64,000 nt of DNA from an uncultured virus (IMG/VR IMGVR_UViG_3300002835_000037) (Duplodnaviria; Heunggongvirae; Uroviricota; Caudoviricetes): IMG/VR virus record IMGVR_UViG_3300002835_000037; one strand, 5' to 3'. Within the stretch, counting starts at the first letter, position 1. Each line of letters starts with the position of its first letter. Made by a program: the position numbers and the translations under genes. Of this stretch, positions 1-12,200 are shown one piece after another. A model generated the notes under the pieces. It was not told where the DNA came from and did not search any database. It saw nothing but the letters and a program-made list of their open reading frames with translations.

Positions 1-47
1 AATAGAAGAAACTAAAAGTTTTTTCTGGCAATTAGTACAAATAGAAT

Positions 48-81
48 GGGGGGAGCTATAGTAGCTCTCCCCTTTTTTTTT
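48..81 (+). terminator. Intrinsic terminator for a convergent plus-strand unit lying left of the window
   Basis: GGGGGGAGCTA-tag-TAGCTCTCCCC stem (one G-U pair) followed by T9; abuts the stop codon of the last minus-strand gene. Confidence 0.8.
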
Positions 82-216
82 CTACCTCCCTTGTCCTCTA
101 TAAGCTTTTTTATAGTTAGGAGATTTCTTAGACTTAGAAGTTTTGGTTTTTGCATGCACTCCTTTACGAGACATTTTTACTTTCTTATAAGCTCTGGTTG
201 ATACTGTTTTTGACAT
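82..216 (-). CDS. Small basic protein, 44 aa (MSKTVSTRAYKKVKMSRKGVHAKTKTSKSKKSPNYKKAYRGQGR); not in the ORF track
   Basis: Hand-translated ATG(216) to TAG(82); starts 7 nt after the stop of the 2012-aa gene; Lys/Arg-rich. Confidence 0.75.
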   Translation of the reverse strand: MSKTVSTRAYKKVKMSRKGVHAKTKTSKSKKSPNYKKAYRGQGR

Positions 217-223
217 TGCTATA

Positions 224-3200
224 TTATTTTAATTTACCTGCATTTTCTAACCCTTGTAAGGATTGAGTTACGTCTCCTGTAGATCCTGTTATACCAACAG
301 ATTTAAGTAAACGACCTATGATTTTAGGTGATCCTTCTTGCTGCCAGAAGTACTCACCTTCTTTTCTACTATAGTAAGCCTTCTCATTAAAAGAAAGCAT
401 CCTAGCCACATCCTCTAGCATTTTTGCGTATAGACCCAAAGTGTTTCCAAAAGCTGATGTTGTTGTAGTAGCCATTTTCATATAGTCATCCATACCAAAA
501 TTAATTCCTGCTATTGTAGGAAGTGGTACAAATGCTGTTGCTTCTGCTTGTACACCAAGTAATAATACTAACATGTGATTTTGAATAAAACCCCAAGTTT
601 TAAAGTCATCCGTACCAAGAGCTCCTGATCTTTCTCGCATCTTTTTAAATCTTTCCTCATCATCAGGATCATACCCAAATATCATTGATGTTATCAAAGC
701 TGTAGTTATGACAAATAAACCTTCAGATAAAGTTTTTATCAAATCTCTCTTTTGATCTTCCGGCATATAAGCCCAATATTTACCTTTAGTTTTTATTAGT
801 TCTGAAAGACCTAAATAAGCATTTATATAAAAACCTATACTAGTTTTTCCAGTCATCCAGTTATATCTTTTTTCAAATTTAGGTTTCCAAAGACCTTCTT
901 CAACATTTACGCTGGCACCCAGTCTATTAGTAAACATAGGAATAAACCATTTTCTCATAAATGTGAACATTCTATATGGAAGATACAAGTTACCTTCTGA
1001 TTGAGAAAACTTATCATAAGATCCATATAATTTATGAGAAACACCTTGAAATTTATTTCTAAACTGTTTAAATTTCTCAGATTTTGCAATTATTATTTCT
1101 TGACCGTCTTCAAATTCTAATGCATTAACTACATTATTTCTTTTTTGAAGTTCTTCTACAGTTATAGAATAAATATCAGCAATTTCTTCTAAAGTCTGAC
1201 CTTTTATAAAAATATGATTTATTGTTTTATTACTCCAAGCCGGATCCACCCCTGGTTTGAGTTCTGCAATACCAGTTTCTGAATTTAATACCCAAGCATC
1301 TTTATAATTAATAGTAATTGTTTTACCATTAGATAGTTTTTGTTCTACTTTTTGAGCATTTAAAAAAGAACCAAAAAGCTGAAGTGCAGCTTCCATTTCT
1401 AAATTCTTTCTTATACTATACATCCATTCACCATTGAGCATGTCTTTAGCAAAATTTCTAGATACAGATCTACCAAAATCATCTACAAATTTAAATGCAG
1501 CATCAAACATCTCTATCATTTGTGAAGATAAAGCGGGAACACCTTTGGTATAAACACTACTAGAAGACCACTCAATCATTGTTTGAGCAGCCCATAATCG
1601 GGCTTGAGCCATATCTTTAAGTGTTATAGTATCTCCTCCGGCAGCTTCAATAATGTTCTGTACTATCTGACCATATCTATTTTTTAAATCCGAAGGAATA
1701 TTAATAGCCAAAGAAGCTCTAGCTGATAGTTTCTGTAACTGACCAACAAACTTATCTAAATACATAGAACTACCCTGGCCACTAAACTGTTTACCATAAT
1801 ACTCTCTTTCTATAAGTGACCTAACTTGGCCCGCTCTGTTATTAGTAGCTCCTGGTTTTGTTGTTTGTTTAAGTTTACCATTTATTCTATTAATAGTTTT
1901 ACTATAAGTATTAGGTGTTTTAGGAGCATTAGCTGGATCTTCTAATGTATCTAATACCGAAGTTACTAGCGGTAGTGTTTCTAATAGTTGACTTTGAGTT
2001 TCTAAAGAAAGCAAATACTTAAACATGCTTGATATAACATCAGGATCTGTGTTTTCAATATCAATATTATAAACACCAGAGACAGGGATATAAGAAATTT
2101 CTTCTGAATTAAGATCTGTATTAACTAGTCTATACTCTTCAAGATTATTATCTCTTTCATAGTTGTGTTCTAATTCAACTTCATCAACGGCTTTACCAAA
2201 TGCATCTGTTATAGATTGTTTTATACCTTTTTTAATTTGAGAGTATCTCTCACCAAATTTACCAGCTTGGATTCTAGACAGATTATCTCTTAGTACATAT
2301 CGAGGCATGTCAAGATAAAGTTTTGATTTATTTGACTTTCCTTCTTGAAATGCAAGAATTGATTTTTTCATTAATTCAAGTAATTGAAACCTAGTAGAGC
2401 TAGCTTGCTCTTTCAATCTCATGTACTCTTGATTAATATATTTGTTATTTTTTGCACTGTTTTTATCTCCTGGGTTGAACATCCTAGGTAAAAACTGTCC
2501 TTTGTTATCTATGTGCTCTCCTACTTTGAGTTCTATTTCTCCTGTTTGTGCATTATAGCCTGTTCTATATTTGTTTTTAACTCTGTAGATAGAGTGTCTG
2601 GCATTAGGGAGTCCCATAAAAGTTTCTTCTAAACCAGTCAATGGATTTAAAAGTACTGTTTTTTCATAATACTTTTCATTTTTGGGTACTGACACAGAAT
2701 TAGCCATAGATCTTTCATACCTAACTTCTAATTTTTTAGTCTTTCTGTTTTTTACTTTTCTTGATACATGATTATCTCTAAACCAATCTACAAGTTTACC
2801 ATCTGTTGCAAGCAAGTTTCTCATTTCAGAGCTATTGATAAAATCATCAATTTTCTCTTCGCTTACTGGAGCCACATTTAATCTTTGTAAGTGCTCATTT
2901 AATGAGTTTACATAATACTCAGTAGGTATTTTTTGAGTTAATGATGATAAGTCAGCATAAATGCTTTGCATAAGAGCAACTTCACCTATACTTAAACCAG
3001 TTTTAGATTGCTTTTCTAAAAGCTCACGGTATCTCAGCTTTTGTTCATCAGTTAATCTAGCAGGATCTTTTTTGTTTATAGCAATATATAATTCAAGTTC
3101 TTCAGCTTCATTCTGTGATAAACCAGTTTTAGTGTCAAATGCTGCTTTATAATCAATTATTTTCTGATGTAAATCCTTGATCATTTTCATTTTGTCAAGT

Positions 3201-6200
3201 CCTATTTCCGAAGGAATGGGTTGACCTTGCTCATCTTTGTATGCAAACATTAAGTTATAAATCTCATTGTATGCATTACCCATATCAAACTGTTCCCCTA
3301 TAACAGAATTTACTTTGCCCTGAAGCTTTTGTAATCTATCTATAAGATCCTTTCTTGAATCATAAAACTCTTGAGTATAAGCAGTTCTAATATTTTGTTT
3401 AATCCACTGTTCTTTTGCTTTTACTAATTCTTCTCCTGTAACACCTTCAGATTCTTGTAATGAAAGAAACTCATTAAATGCTGTTTGAAGAGAACCCGTT
3501 CTAGGTATAAACTCATAATAATCTCTAGTAGCTTCTTTATATTCAATAAGAACTTTAGCAATACTCAAATCATAAATACCATTAGCAGGATCATCTACTT
3601 TTGATGTACCATCAGCATATTTTAGAGAAGAAAGCATTTGATATTCTCTCCACAATTCTTGAAGAGTAGAATATTTCTGGAATCTTTCTAGTTCATCTGT
3701 AATTTCATTTACCTCATTAGTGTATTTATCAAGTGCCATTTTTCTAGCAAGCCACGCCAACTTACCAATCTCACCGTATTTTTCAAATACAGAATCTTTT
3801 TCATAAAATTCAGGAACATACTCATCATGCATGTAATCTTTTTTAAACTGCCTTAGTTCATCTGATGCAGCTTTTATTTTTTCCTGATCTTCTGAAGCAA
3901 ATGCCTCATCTAAATTATATTCTAACTTATCTAAATCATATCTCCATCCATTACCAAACTCATTTAGGAAAGTAAGAATCTCTCTTTCCATAGGTTTTTT
4001 AGTTTTTGGATCAATGTATAACACTTTGTCCTTAAACATAAGCATATCCACAAGTTGTCTTGTATTCAATGTGTTATATCCTATTTTTTCTAAAAGTGGT
4101 TGAAGCTCTTTTCTAAATTTATAAGACTTTTCTAGGGCTCTGTTTGCGGCTTCTGTTTTTTGATCATTAATAAAAATAGATAATCCACCTACTATAGGGT
4201 CATTACTAGAAGTGTAAGCTTCAAAGAATCTATTAAACCAACTAACATCTTGTAATTTACCTGACAAACCATCAGTAATCTTATCTTGATTTACAAGGAA
4301 TTTTTTATATTCATCAATAAACTTCTTGATGTATTTTGATTCAATACCTTTTTTATCTAGCTTGTCATATAGTTCTTGAGCAACTTCTGGATTATCAAGC
4401 TTTTGAGTTATAGCTAAATTATAAATCTCTTCTACTTCAGCAGCTGTTAATTTATCGGTTAGTACATTTTTAAGATTTTTACCAAGCTCTTCTTTTAAGA
4501 AATCATTCATGTAACCAGTTACCTCAACATAAAAGTTAATACTATTGGCTTTATAGATGTCTCTAATTTTTTTATCAGCTCTGAGTAAGTTATTCTTTAC
4601 TTCATTTATAAGGTCGACTAAATCATTTTGCTTTGAGATATCAAAACTATCTTCTTCCATTAAGAGCTCATCGAATGTAGTAAACATGTCATTCCATGAT
4701 CTTATTGAGCTTCTATATAAGAACAATAAGGCCATAGCATCTCTAGAATTTAATAAATCAGACTTTTGCATCATGTCCAAGTCATTAAATATGTTTTTAG
4801 AAATATTATTTACAATACCCACAGTATTTACAAAACTTCTAGCTCTATTAGTTAAATCTTCATTTCTAAGTTTTTCTGCTTCAATAGTATTTTCAATAAC
4901 CTCTTCTACTGTAAATCTTTGTTGATTAGAAACACTTTGATATCCTTGAAGAATTCTTCTAATACCAGGTAATAACTCAGCACTTTCTCCTTTTACCATT
5001 AAAGATTCTTTTAACATCTTTTGATACATTGGAGATCTGGTTCTGAAGTTTAATGCTTTATCATAAATAAGTTGATTAGTAGCATACATATCATTGATTG
5101 ACTCTTGGATTTTTTCTGCTTTAACATCTTTCGTCAATCTTTCAGCCATTTCTTTAATTTCTCGAGCATAGGCCACAGCATCAGCATCGGTAACATTTTC
5201 TGTTTGGTACTCAAAAGTTTTTTCCAAAAGCATGTCAGCAAGCTTATCTATGGTGGTGTTAACTTTGATATCAGAAACTTTTACCTTAAAGATTTTGTTG
5301 AGGATATCTCTTATAGCATTCATTAAACTATTAATGAATCCTGTAAATCCTTTTGTTTCTATCTGTTCTGTTACTTTGTTAGCTGCACTCCTTTGTAGAG
5401 CAAAAGCAAGTGCTTCCTCTTTAAAGAGGGGATCTTCCTCCGACAACTCAGGATAGTTATCTCTTACATGCTGAATTATAATTTCTCCCTCTGGAGTAGC
5501 TTCTAAGCTAGCATATAAGTTATTAAAAAGAGTCTCATTCTCTTTATAAATTGCTCTTAGTAAGGGGTGAGATAATTCATGAAGTACAGTATCAAAGTTT
5601 ACATTATCTCCTACTATATAAACTGTTCCGGCAAAGAAAAATGCCGGTTCATTATTATAAAGTTTTTTCCTTGATTCAAGTATCTCTTTGGCTTGTTCAT
5701 TAGTTACATACATGTACCGTACACCTAATGCTGCAGCAATCTTTTGACCTAATGCATCAGCAGCCTCCCGAGCCCGTGAATTTCTTACTGTTTTTTCATT
5801 AAAAGTAATAGATGGAGCATCCATAAAAGAAGGAAGATTTTGCCGTGAGCTTTCCTCTAACTTAGAAGGCTCTCTTAAAAACATAGGATCTATACTTTCA
5901 TCTTCAGGAAAAACTGAATCAGGCTCTTTTAAAATATCATAATCTTGTAATTCTTCTTTTATTTCAGCCCGCATTCTTTCATCATCTAAAGCTTCAAATA
6001 AAGGATTATTAGTCTGAGCATAGATTGTAGTTTTTATATCATCTCTCCAATATCTTGATGTTTCAGATAAACGTGTACTATGATCATAAGTACTAAAAGC
6101 AAGCTCTCCATCAAAATTAAGATTGTATTTGATCTCCATAAATCTGCTAAAGTTTCTATTAAACTTTTCAAATTCAATAGTGTCAAGAACTTGATTGAAT

Positions 6201-6262
6201 TCACCAAGAATTCCTTTTTCTTTTAGATGATTTAAAACTGTAGCCTTTGATTCACAAAACAT
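224..6262 (-). CDS. Giant virion cargo/ejection protein (2012 aa) with zincin-like HEXXH domain, LysM domain and C-terminal hydrophobic segments
   Basis: HELSH at 5567-5581 with downstream EEALA; LysM pattern KGQTLEEIADIYSITVEELQKRN..GQEIII at about 1088-1215; follows the RNAP gene as in crAss-like phages. Confidence 0.8.
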   Translation of the reverse strand: MFCESKATVLNHLKEKGILGEFNQVLDTIEFEKFNRNFSRFMEIKYNLNFDGELAFSTYDHSTRLSETSRYWRDDIKTTIYAQTNNPLFEALDDERMRAEIKEELQDYDILKEPDSVFPEDESIDPMFLREPSKLEESSRQNLPSFMDAPSITFNEKTVRNSRAREAADALGQKIAAALGVRYMYVTNEQAKEILESRKKLYNNEPAFFFAGTVYIVGDNVNFDTVLHELSHPLLRAIYKENETLFNNLYASLEATPEGEIIIQHVRDNYPELSEEDPLFKEEALAFALQRSAANKVTEQIETKGFTGFINSLMNAIRDILNKIFKVKVSDIKVNTTIDKLADMLLEKTFEYQTENVTDADAVAYAREIKEMAERLTKDVKAEKIQESINDMYATNQLIYDKALNFRTRSPMYQKMLKESLMVKGESAELLPGIRRILQGYQSVSNQQRFTVEEVIENTIEAEKLRNEDLTNRARSFVNTVGIVNNISKNIFNDLDMMQKSDLLNSRDAMALLFLYRSSIRSWNDMFTTFDELLMEEDSFDISKQNDLVDLINEVKNNLLRADKKIRDIYKANSINFYVEVTGYMNDFLKEELGKNLKNVLTDKLTAAEVEEIYNLAITQKLDNPEVAQELYDKLDKKGIESKYIKKFIDEYKKFLVNQDKITDGLSGKLQDVSWFNRFFEAYTSSNDPIVGGLSIFINDQKTEAANRALEKSYKFRKELQPLLEKIGYNTLNTRQLVDMLMFKDKVLYIDPKTKKPMEREILTFLNEFGNGWRYDLDKLEYNLDEAFASEDQEKIKAASDELRQFKKDYMHDEYVPEFYEKDSVFEKYGEIGKLAWLARKMALDKYTNEVNEITDELERFQKYSTLQELWREYQMLSSLKYADGTSKVDDPANGIYDLSIAKVLIEYKEATRDYYEFIPRTGSLQTAFNEFLSLQESEGVTGEELVKAKEQWIKQNIRTAYTQEFYDSRKDLIDRLQKLQGKVNSVIGEQFDMGNAYNEIYNLMFAYKDEQGQPIPSEIGLDKMKMIKDLHQKIIDYKAAFDTKTGLSQNEAEELELYIAINKKDPARLTDEQKLRYRELLEKQSKTGLSIGEVALMQSIYADLSSLTQKIPTEYYVNSLNEHLQRLNVAPVSEEKIDDFINSSEMRNLLATDGKLVDWFRDNHVSRKVKNRKTKKLEVRYERSMANSVSVPKNEKYYEKTVLLNPLTGLEETFMGLPNARHSIYRVKNKYRTGYNAQTGEIELKVGEHIDNKGQFLPRMFNPGDKNSAKNNKYINQEYMRLKEQASSTRFQLLELMKKSILAFQEGKSNKSKLYLDMPRYVLRDNLSRIQAGKFGERYSQIKKGIKQSITDAFGKAVDEVELEHNYERDNNLEEYRLVNTDLNSEEISYIPVSGVYNIDIENTDPDVISSMFKYLLSLETQSQLLETLPLVTSVLDTLEDPANAPKTPNTYSKTINRINGKLKQTTKPGATNNRAGQVRSLIEREYYGKQFSGQGSSMYLDKFVGQLQKLSARASLAINIPSDLKNRYGQIVQNIIEAAGGDTITLKDMAQARLWAAQTMIEWSSSSVYTKGVPALSSQMIEMFDAAFKFVDDFGRSVSRNFAKDMLNGEWMYSIRKNLEMEAALQLFGSFLNAQKVEQKLSNGKTITINYKDAWVLNSETGIAELKPGVDPAWSNKTINHIFIKGQTLEEIADIYSITVEELQKRNNVVNALEFEDGQEIIIAKSEKFKQFRNKFQGVSHKLYGSYDKFSQSEGNLYLPYRMFTFMRKWFIPMFTNRLGASVNVEEGLWKPKFEKRYNWMTGKTSIGFYINAYLGLSELIKTKGKYWAYMPEDQKRDLIKTLSEGLFVITTALITSMIFGYDPDDEERFKKMRERSGALGTDDFKTWGFIQNHMLVLLLGVQAEATAFVPLPTIAGINFGMDDYMKMATTTTSAFGNTLGLYAKMLEDVARMLSFNEKAYYSRKEGEYFWQQEGSPKIIGRLLKSVGITGSTGDVTQSLQGLENAGKLK

Positions 6263-6265
6263 CTC

Positions 6266-9200
6266 TTAACATTTTAATGGGTTATTTTCTCCTTCAAAGT
6301 TAGCTAATATTTCTGCATCAGTAACAGGTTGATATTTAGCTACCTCTTTACTTATTTCTTGAGCAAACTCGGAGCCTGGATTTAAGTATTGAAATTCTTC
6401 AAAAAGTCTCTTACTTAAATATACAAATAATTCTTGAGGCATCAAAGCAGGATCTCCATATCCGTTGATAGAGAATGCTACTTTACCACCATTGTCAACT
6501 ACTTGACGGATTTCATTTATAGCCTGCTCAATCTCAGCTTTTCTTTTTGGATAAAGCTTAGAGTCTAGAGTTGAGAATGCATCAGCAATACTATCTTGAC
6601 CAGTTATTATTCCTATAGAAGAACTATTAGCAATCTTTCTAATCTGAAGATTACCTTTTACTTTTTTCTTTTGGAATTCCGCATCTGTCATTTTATCCAA
6701 AGCTTGTTTTTGACCAAGACTAAACTGATATACAAATGTAAGATCTTGATTATTACCTACAATATACTGATAAGCTTTTTCAGTTCCAGACAGATCATTA
6801 TAAACAAACACATTAGGGTTAATGGTAGGAATCACATTCTTTCTTTCTAGCAAGTTATCTGAATCAGAAACATCTTCTGTTTGTGTATCAATCTGTGAAG
6901 CTTGTTCCTTGACAAATTGTTTAAACATAGCAATGTCTTTCTTAGTACCTAACTCATGAATTTGCTTGCTTGAATTTACTACAATCTGCAACTCTTTACC
7001 ACCTAATGGGTCTAGTGTATTAGTAGAATAAATTCCGTCATGCCCCTTATAGCTCTTTTCTGTTTCACTATACGGTCTGTTGTCCAAATACTTTGGGTTC
7101 TTTAAATTTATAATTGCAGGAATAACTTGTTCACCAACATTTAAATTCTCCAGAGTTCCTTGCTCAAAGGCATAAGCTTGTCTATTTTTCACATCCCAAG
7201 CAGCATATCTTGAAGCTGCTAGTAAGTCACTGAAATAAGAGCGATCTCTTAATTTTTCAATTTTGGTGCCCTCACCAGTTCCATGATAAACAATTTCTCT
7301 TACTAACCTATCAGGAAATATAGTATCTAAGTATTGAGAGTACTGTTCAGGTGTACCAGTAGTAGCCAATTCTGGAGTAGACTTAAATAATTCTTCTACA
7401 CCTTCTTTAGGTTTTATTGCTTTTACCTCAAGTTTAGCTTCAATTTTTTCAACGTCCAATCCAGTAAGATAGTTTTTGAATCTGCTTCTTGTTCTATTTG
7501 TTTGGCTATTTACTTGCTCAAACTTATTTTTGAAATCAATAAGCATTTTTAATTTAGCTGGTGATGTCAAGAACTTGGCAGTTTCATCATTCATTATATC
7601 AATAAACTTATCAAAGTCAGTTAAGTTTAAGAAGTTGTATTTACTCTTATTGGTACCGGCCTGCATCATTGCAACATATGTCATCTTAGCAAAGAAGTCA
7701 CTGATTCTATCATTTTCTGCTTTGTCTTGTACTTTTTGAACAGTTCTGTCAGCAAGATCCTGCAGATTTCTTGAATAAAGATTGGACTTAAATGTACTCA
7801 TATCTTTATCATCTACATACAGATTAAACATAGTTTTATCTGTAGTGCTATCAGGTACTATTCTAGCAAGTACAGGATAGTCTTTAACAAAATCATTTCT
7901 ATACTCACTTCTTAGTCTATCAAATCTGATAGCATAAGCATTGTCTCTATCATTGAATAAATGATAAGGATTAAGAGTATTATCTAAAGCTCTCATGGCT
8001 AAGATTTTTTCATAAGCATATCTTCTGTTAACCGCTTCTTTATCTGAAATACTTGTTTTATTTGCTAATTCAAGTTCTTTCTCATACTCTTTAGTTTTAG
8101 AAACTTCACCATAAGGCATTAAATGTCTTAAGTACTCTCTTTCAATTACAAAACGTATATATTCTGCTTTGTTAGATGAGGTATTACTTCCAAAATGACC
8201 TGGTTCTAGTGCATAAAGACCTCTTTGTTCATAGCTGTTTCTAGCCTCACTTCCTTTCAAATAAGCTTTATCAAAAAATTCTTTTTCAAGTTGAACTCTG
8301 TCTATAACCATTGTAGGACCTTTTGAGGTTTCAACAACCTGAGCTCCAAATTTAAGACCTGCTGCTAAAGTTAATGACATAGAGTCAGTCAAAGCAAACG
8401 AGCTGTATTCATTACCTAAGTTATACTTTCTTAAAGCATTTTGAAATATATAACTTAGTATGTCATTTCTAAAAGTTACTGGAAATTTATCTCTATAGTT
8501 TCTCCCAAAAGCTGCTTTTAATATGGCTGAATTTTTAATATCCCCCATATAAGATTGAATATAATCTTGTATATCCTCATCATATCTGAATTTGAATAAA
8601 GGTTTGGAAAGACCTCTGATCAACTTAGTGTTAAAGAAAGAACTAATTACAGAGTCGTTTAATAAACCCAGTCTTAAATCTTGATCTATCTTTGACTCTT
8701 CAGCTAATGCATCCATGTTAGCTTCGGCTTGAATGGCTTGTCCAACATCGGTCATAGTAGATGTGTCAGGATTAGATGCCATTTTCAATGCGGTAAGACC
8801 TTGTATCTGTTGTTCAATTGTAAGGTAATGCAAGAACATAGCTCTAGATAACTCACTAGCACCTAATTCAGGATTTGTTTTAGAATCTTCAATAAGTTTT
8901 AACATTTCTTCTTCAGTAAAATGTCTTTCATTATTTTTTCTTTTCTTAGTATCAAAATAATTTTCCATTACTTTCATACCTTCCTCGTATCTAGTTTGAT
9001 TATCAGGTATAAATTTTTCAAAGTTTTTAGCAATTACATCACTAGCGGCTTTAAAAGAAGCTCCTTGAAAACCAGGTTCTTTTCTTAAAGGTTCAGCAAA
9101 AGTACTTTGACCAAGTCTTTTTTCCTTTACATATTGTCTTACTAAAGGTTGAGATACAAAATATACTGCCTCTTTAAAAGGAACTCCGGTTTTTAGCAAG

Positions 9201-12200
9201 TATAGTAAAACAGGAGCTACCTCATAGTTACCCTGAACAAAGAATACCCATGCATCTTTTTCAACGTCAACCCAACCATTGATAAGCTGATTAATAATAT
9301 CAGCAATTTTATTTATACCATCTACATCATACTGATTAGATAGAGAGATCACATCCTGGCCGTTCTTTTTAACTGTATTATGTCTTAGACCTAAGAAAGA
9401 AACTCTATCTTGTTCTTCTTTACTGTGTTTATATACAGCCGGCATAGTAGCACCTAATGAGTTAAACACAACATTAAATGTGTTTTCAATGGCCCCTAAA
9501 CCAAGTGTCTTTTTACCTACTACATTTGATTCATGTTTATACAAGTTATAACCAACTTCAAAAATTCTTGTGGGGCTGATTACATCTTTTTGTTTTCCTT
9601 TTTTATCTGGAGCACTCTTTTTAACAGTATCAGACATCATGTTCTGAAGAGGACTGTAGTCCATCACATACTGTGCTAATCTATCTGCAGTTGGTTTAAC
9701 TAAGTAAGTACCGTTAGGAGTTGTTAATGAAACAAAGTTTTGAGGTAACTCAAGAATACTTCTGATATCATTTATAAGATTATTCTCAAGACCCGCTTTT
9801 TGCATTGCATACATTTGAGCTTTTGTCATTTCATACTTAGAAGGATCTTTAAGAGCTTCATAAAAATCTGAAGAGTTTTCAAACATTGCTTGAAGAATGT
9901 TTCCGTCAGAATCAATATTATTCATAAAGATTGAAAGTTTATCAATGTCAAAGTCAGCTCCAGACTTAGCAACAATCTCGGCCGGTGGTATAATTATATT
10001 ACCAGCTTCTGCAGGTAAGAAATGATACACTTCCATAAATTCCATAGAGTTAAGACCCTGAACTGGGATCCTAACACCAACCATTGTTATTGCCTTTCTG
10101 TTAGCTCCATTATTCTCATCTAACCATTCATCATCTTTGATAGCTTGATTTAGTCTATCTATAGTAGAGATGGGTTCTCCTTGATAATCTAAGTTTAAAA
10201 GATTTTCATAGTCACCTTGGAGAGAAATTGCAACCTTCATTGCTGTTGTATAACCATCTGTTGTTGTAGTAACTTTTGGTTTTCTACCAGCAATCTTATC
10301 TTTTAAATACTGAATTTCATCTCTAAGAGCTTGTTTATTTCTATCTGTCCAATAAGCAGCTTGTTCTTCTAAAACTCTTTCTTTAGTTTTTAAGGCTTCA
10401 TTTAATTTTTCTTTATCTGCATTTTTATAACGTGCTTCAAGATCAATTGTCTTTTTATGATATGTAGGTAAGAAGTTAGAACCCATGTATTTCTTAACAG
10501 CAGCAGCTCTGGTTTTCTTATCCATCTTTTCAAAATCTACAGGAGAATCAAAAAGACCTTCATAAAAGGCCGAAGACTTTTGTACAAGTGGTTCACCTTT
10601 TACTTTCTGCTTGATAATTCTCTTATTTATAAGAGATAGCAACAGCTTTTCAATTTTTACAGCTTCTGGATGGAGAGATAAATCAAATCTCATTTCACCC
10701 TCTTCAGTTACATCAATGATGTCAATAAGGTTATCACTTAAAACATCATCTCTAGTAAGATTTTCCCGGATCATTTTAGCCAGTTTCGCAACAGCATCTT
10801 TATCTTTTGGAACAAATTCACCAGATTCAGTTTCTTCAAACCCTAGTTCATCTATTAATTCATTCTTTAAAAGTTCAGTGTATTCACTAACTCTGTTTAT
10901 ATAGTTGGTAACTAACTGTCTAACTTTAGGATCTTTGGATGTTATCTCACCTTGCTCATATAAACCTTCAAGAATAAGCTTTCTTAACTGAGTAGAGAAA
11001 ATAGACTTAGCTTTATACTTAGAGTTTACTTCTGTTTGATTCTTCAAATACTCTGCAAAAATTACATTTTTTGTAAACTGCACAGAAGAATCAATATTGC
11101 CGTTAGCATCAGTAATAACATCTCCTGAACCAATATGGCCCACTTTTTCACCAGTTTCCATTAACACATAGTCTACATTTTGCTTAAGCATCATGTCATG
11201 AATTTGCCCAAGTCTTGTATTAGCAGTATGCACACTAGGAATTAAAGGAGCCAAAGAGAACTTATGGAAAGATGTCAATGGTAAACCTTCTGTTTTAATA
11301 TTACCATAGTATTGTAATTTGTATGGAGGGAAGAACTCTTCAATTTCAGAAGCTGTAATTTGCTCCCCGGCCACAACTCTTTTATAAAGATTATCCTGCG
11401 GAGTTTTCCAAGATCCTTCAAGCTTTTTAAGCATTCTATATGCTTCAAAGTTAAGCCACCCCTGACCATCAGCAACTTTCATATTGTCATACTCACCCAA
11501 TACAATTTCAGCCAGCTCCTCAGCCATTCTTTTAGCTTCAGCTTTTGATTTACCAGCTTTAGTAAATCTTTCTGTATATTCTTCTACATGGGCATCATAA
11601 TACTCAGGTTTATAAACTGACTCCTTAATTTGTTCTTCTTTAATAATAGCTGATGTTAAAGTACCATCATAAGCTTTAAGTTGATATCCTTGCTTTTCAG
11701 CATATAATCTTTGGAACATTGGGCTATTGATATAAGCTCTAGCTCTAAAGTCTGCTCTAAATCCTCTACCACCGGATCCTAAACCAGCATTACGTTTGTG
11801 AAACTCTTCCTTGTCATGGTTATACTGAGCAGCATCACCATAAGCAAGTATAGTAGTTTCAAAGTTATGTATCCAGGAATTGTAAGTATAAGCCTTAACT
11901 AACATTCTATCAATCTGTTGTCTGCTTAAAGCATCAGCCGGCACCATCTCATAAAGACTTTGATCTACATAGTTTGCATCCTCAAGTCTAGAATAATTGA
12001 GTTGAGATTGTTTATTAAAATAATCAATAACATCATTTTTAATAAGTTTTCTTAAATCAGGATCTTCATTTACAATATCTTTTAAATTAAATTCTTCAAA
12101 GCTTAAACCTTCTTCTATAGCTCTATCTATTATAGCATATAATTCAGCTTGAGTTTCAGAACTTAGCACATCATCAAAAGCCGTAAATGCTTCTCCGGCC

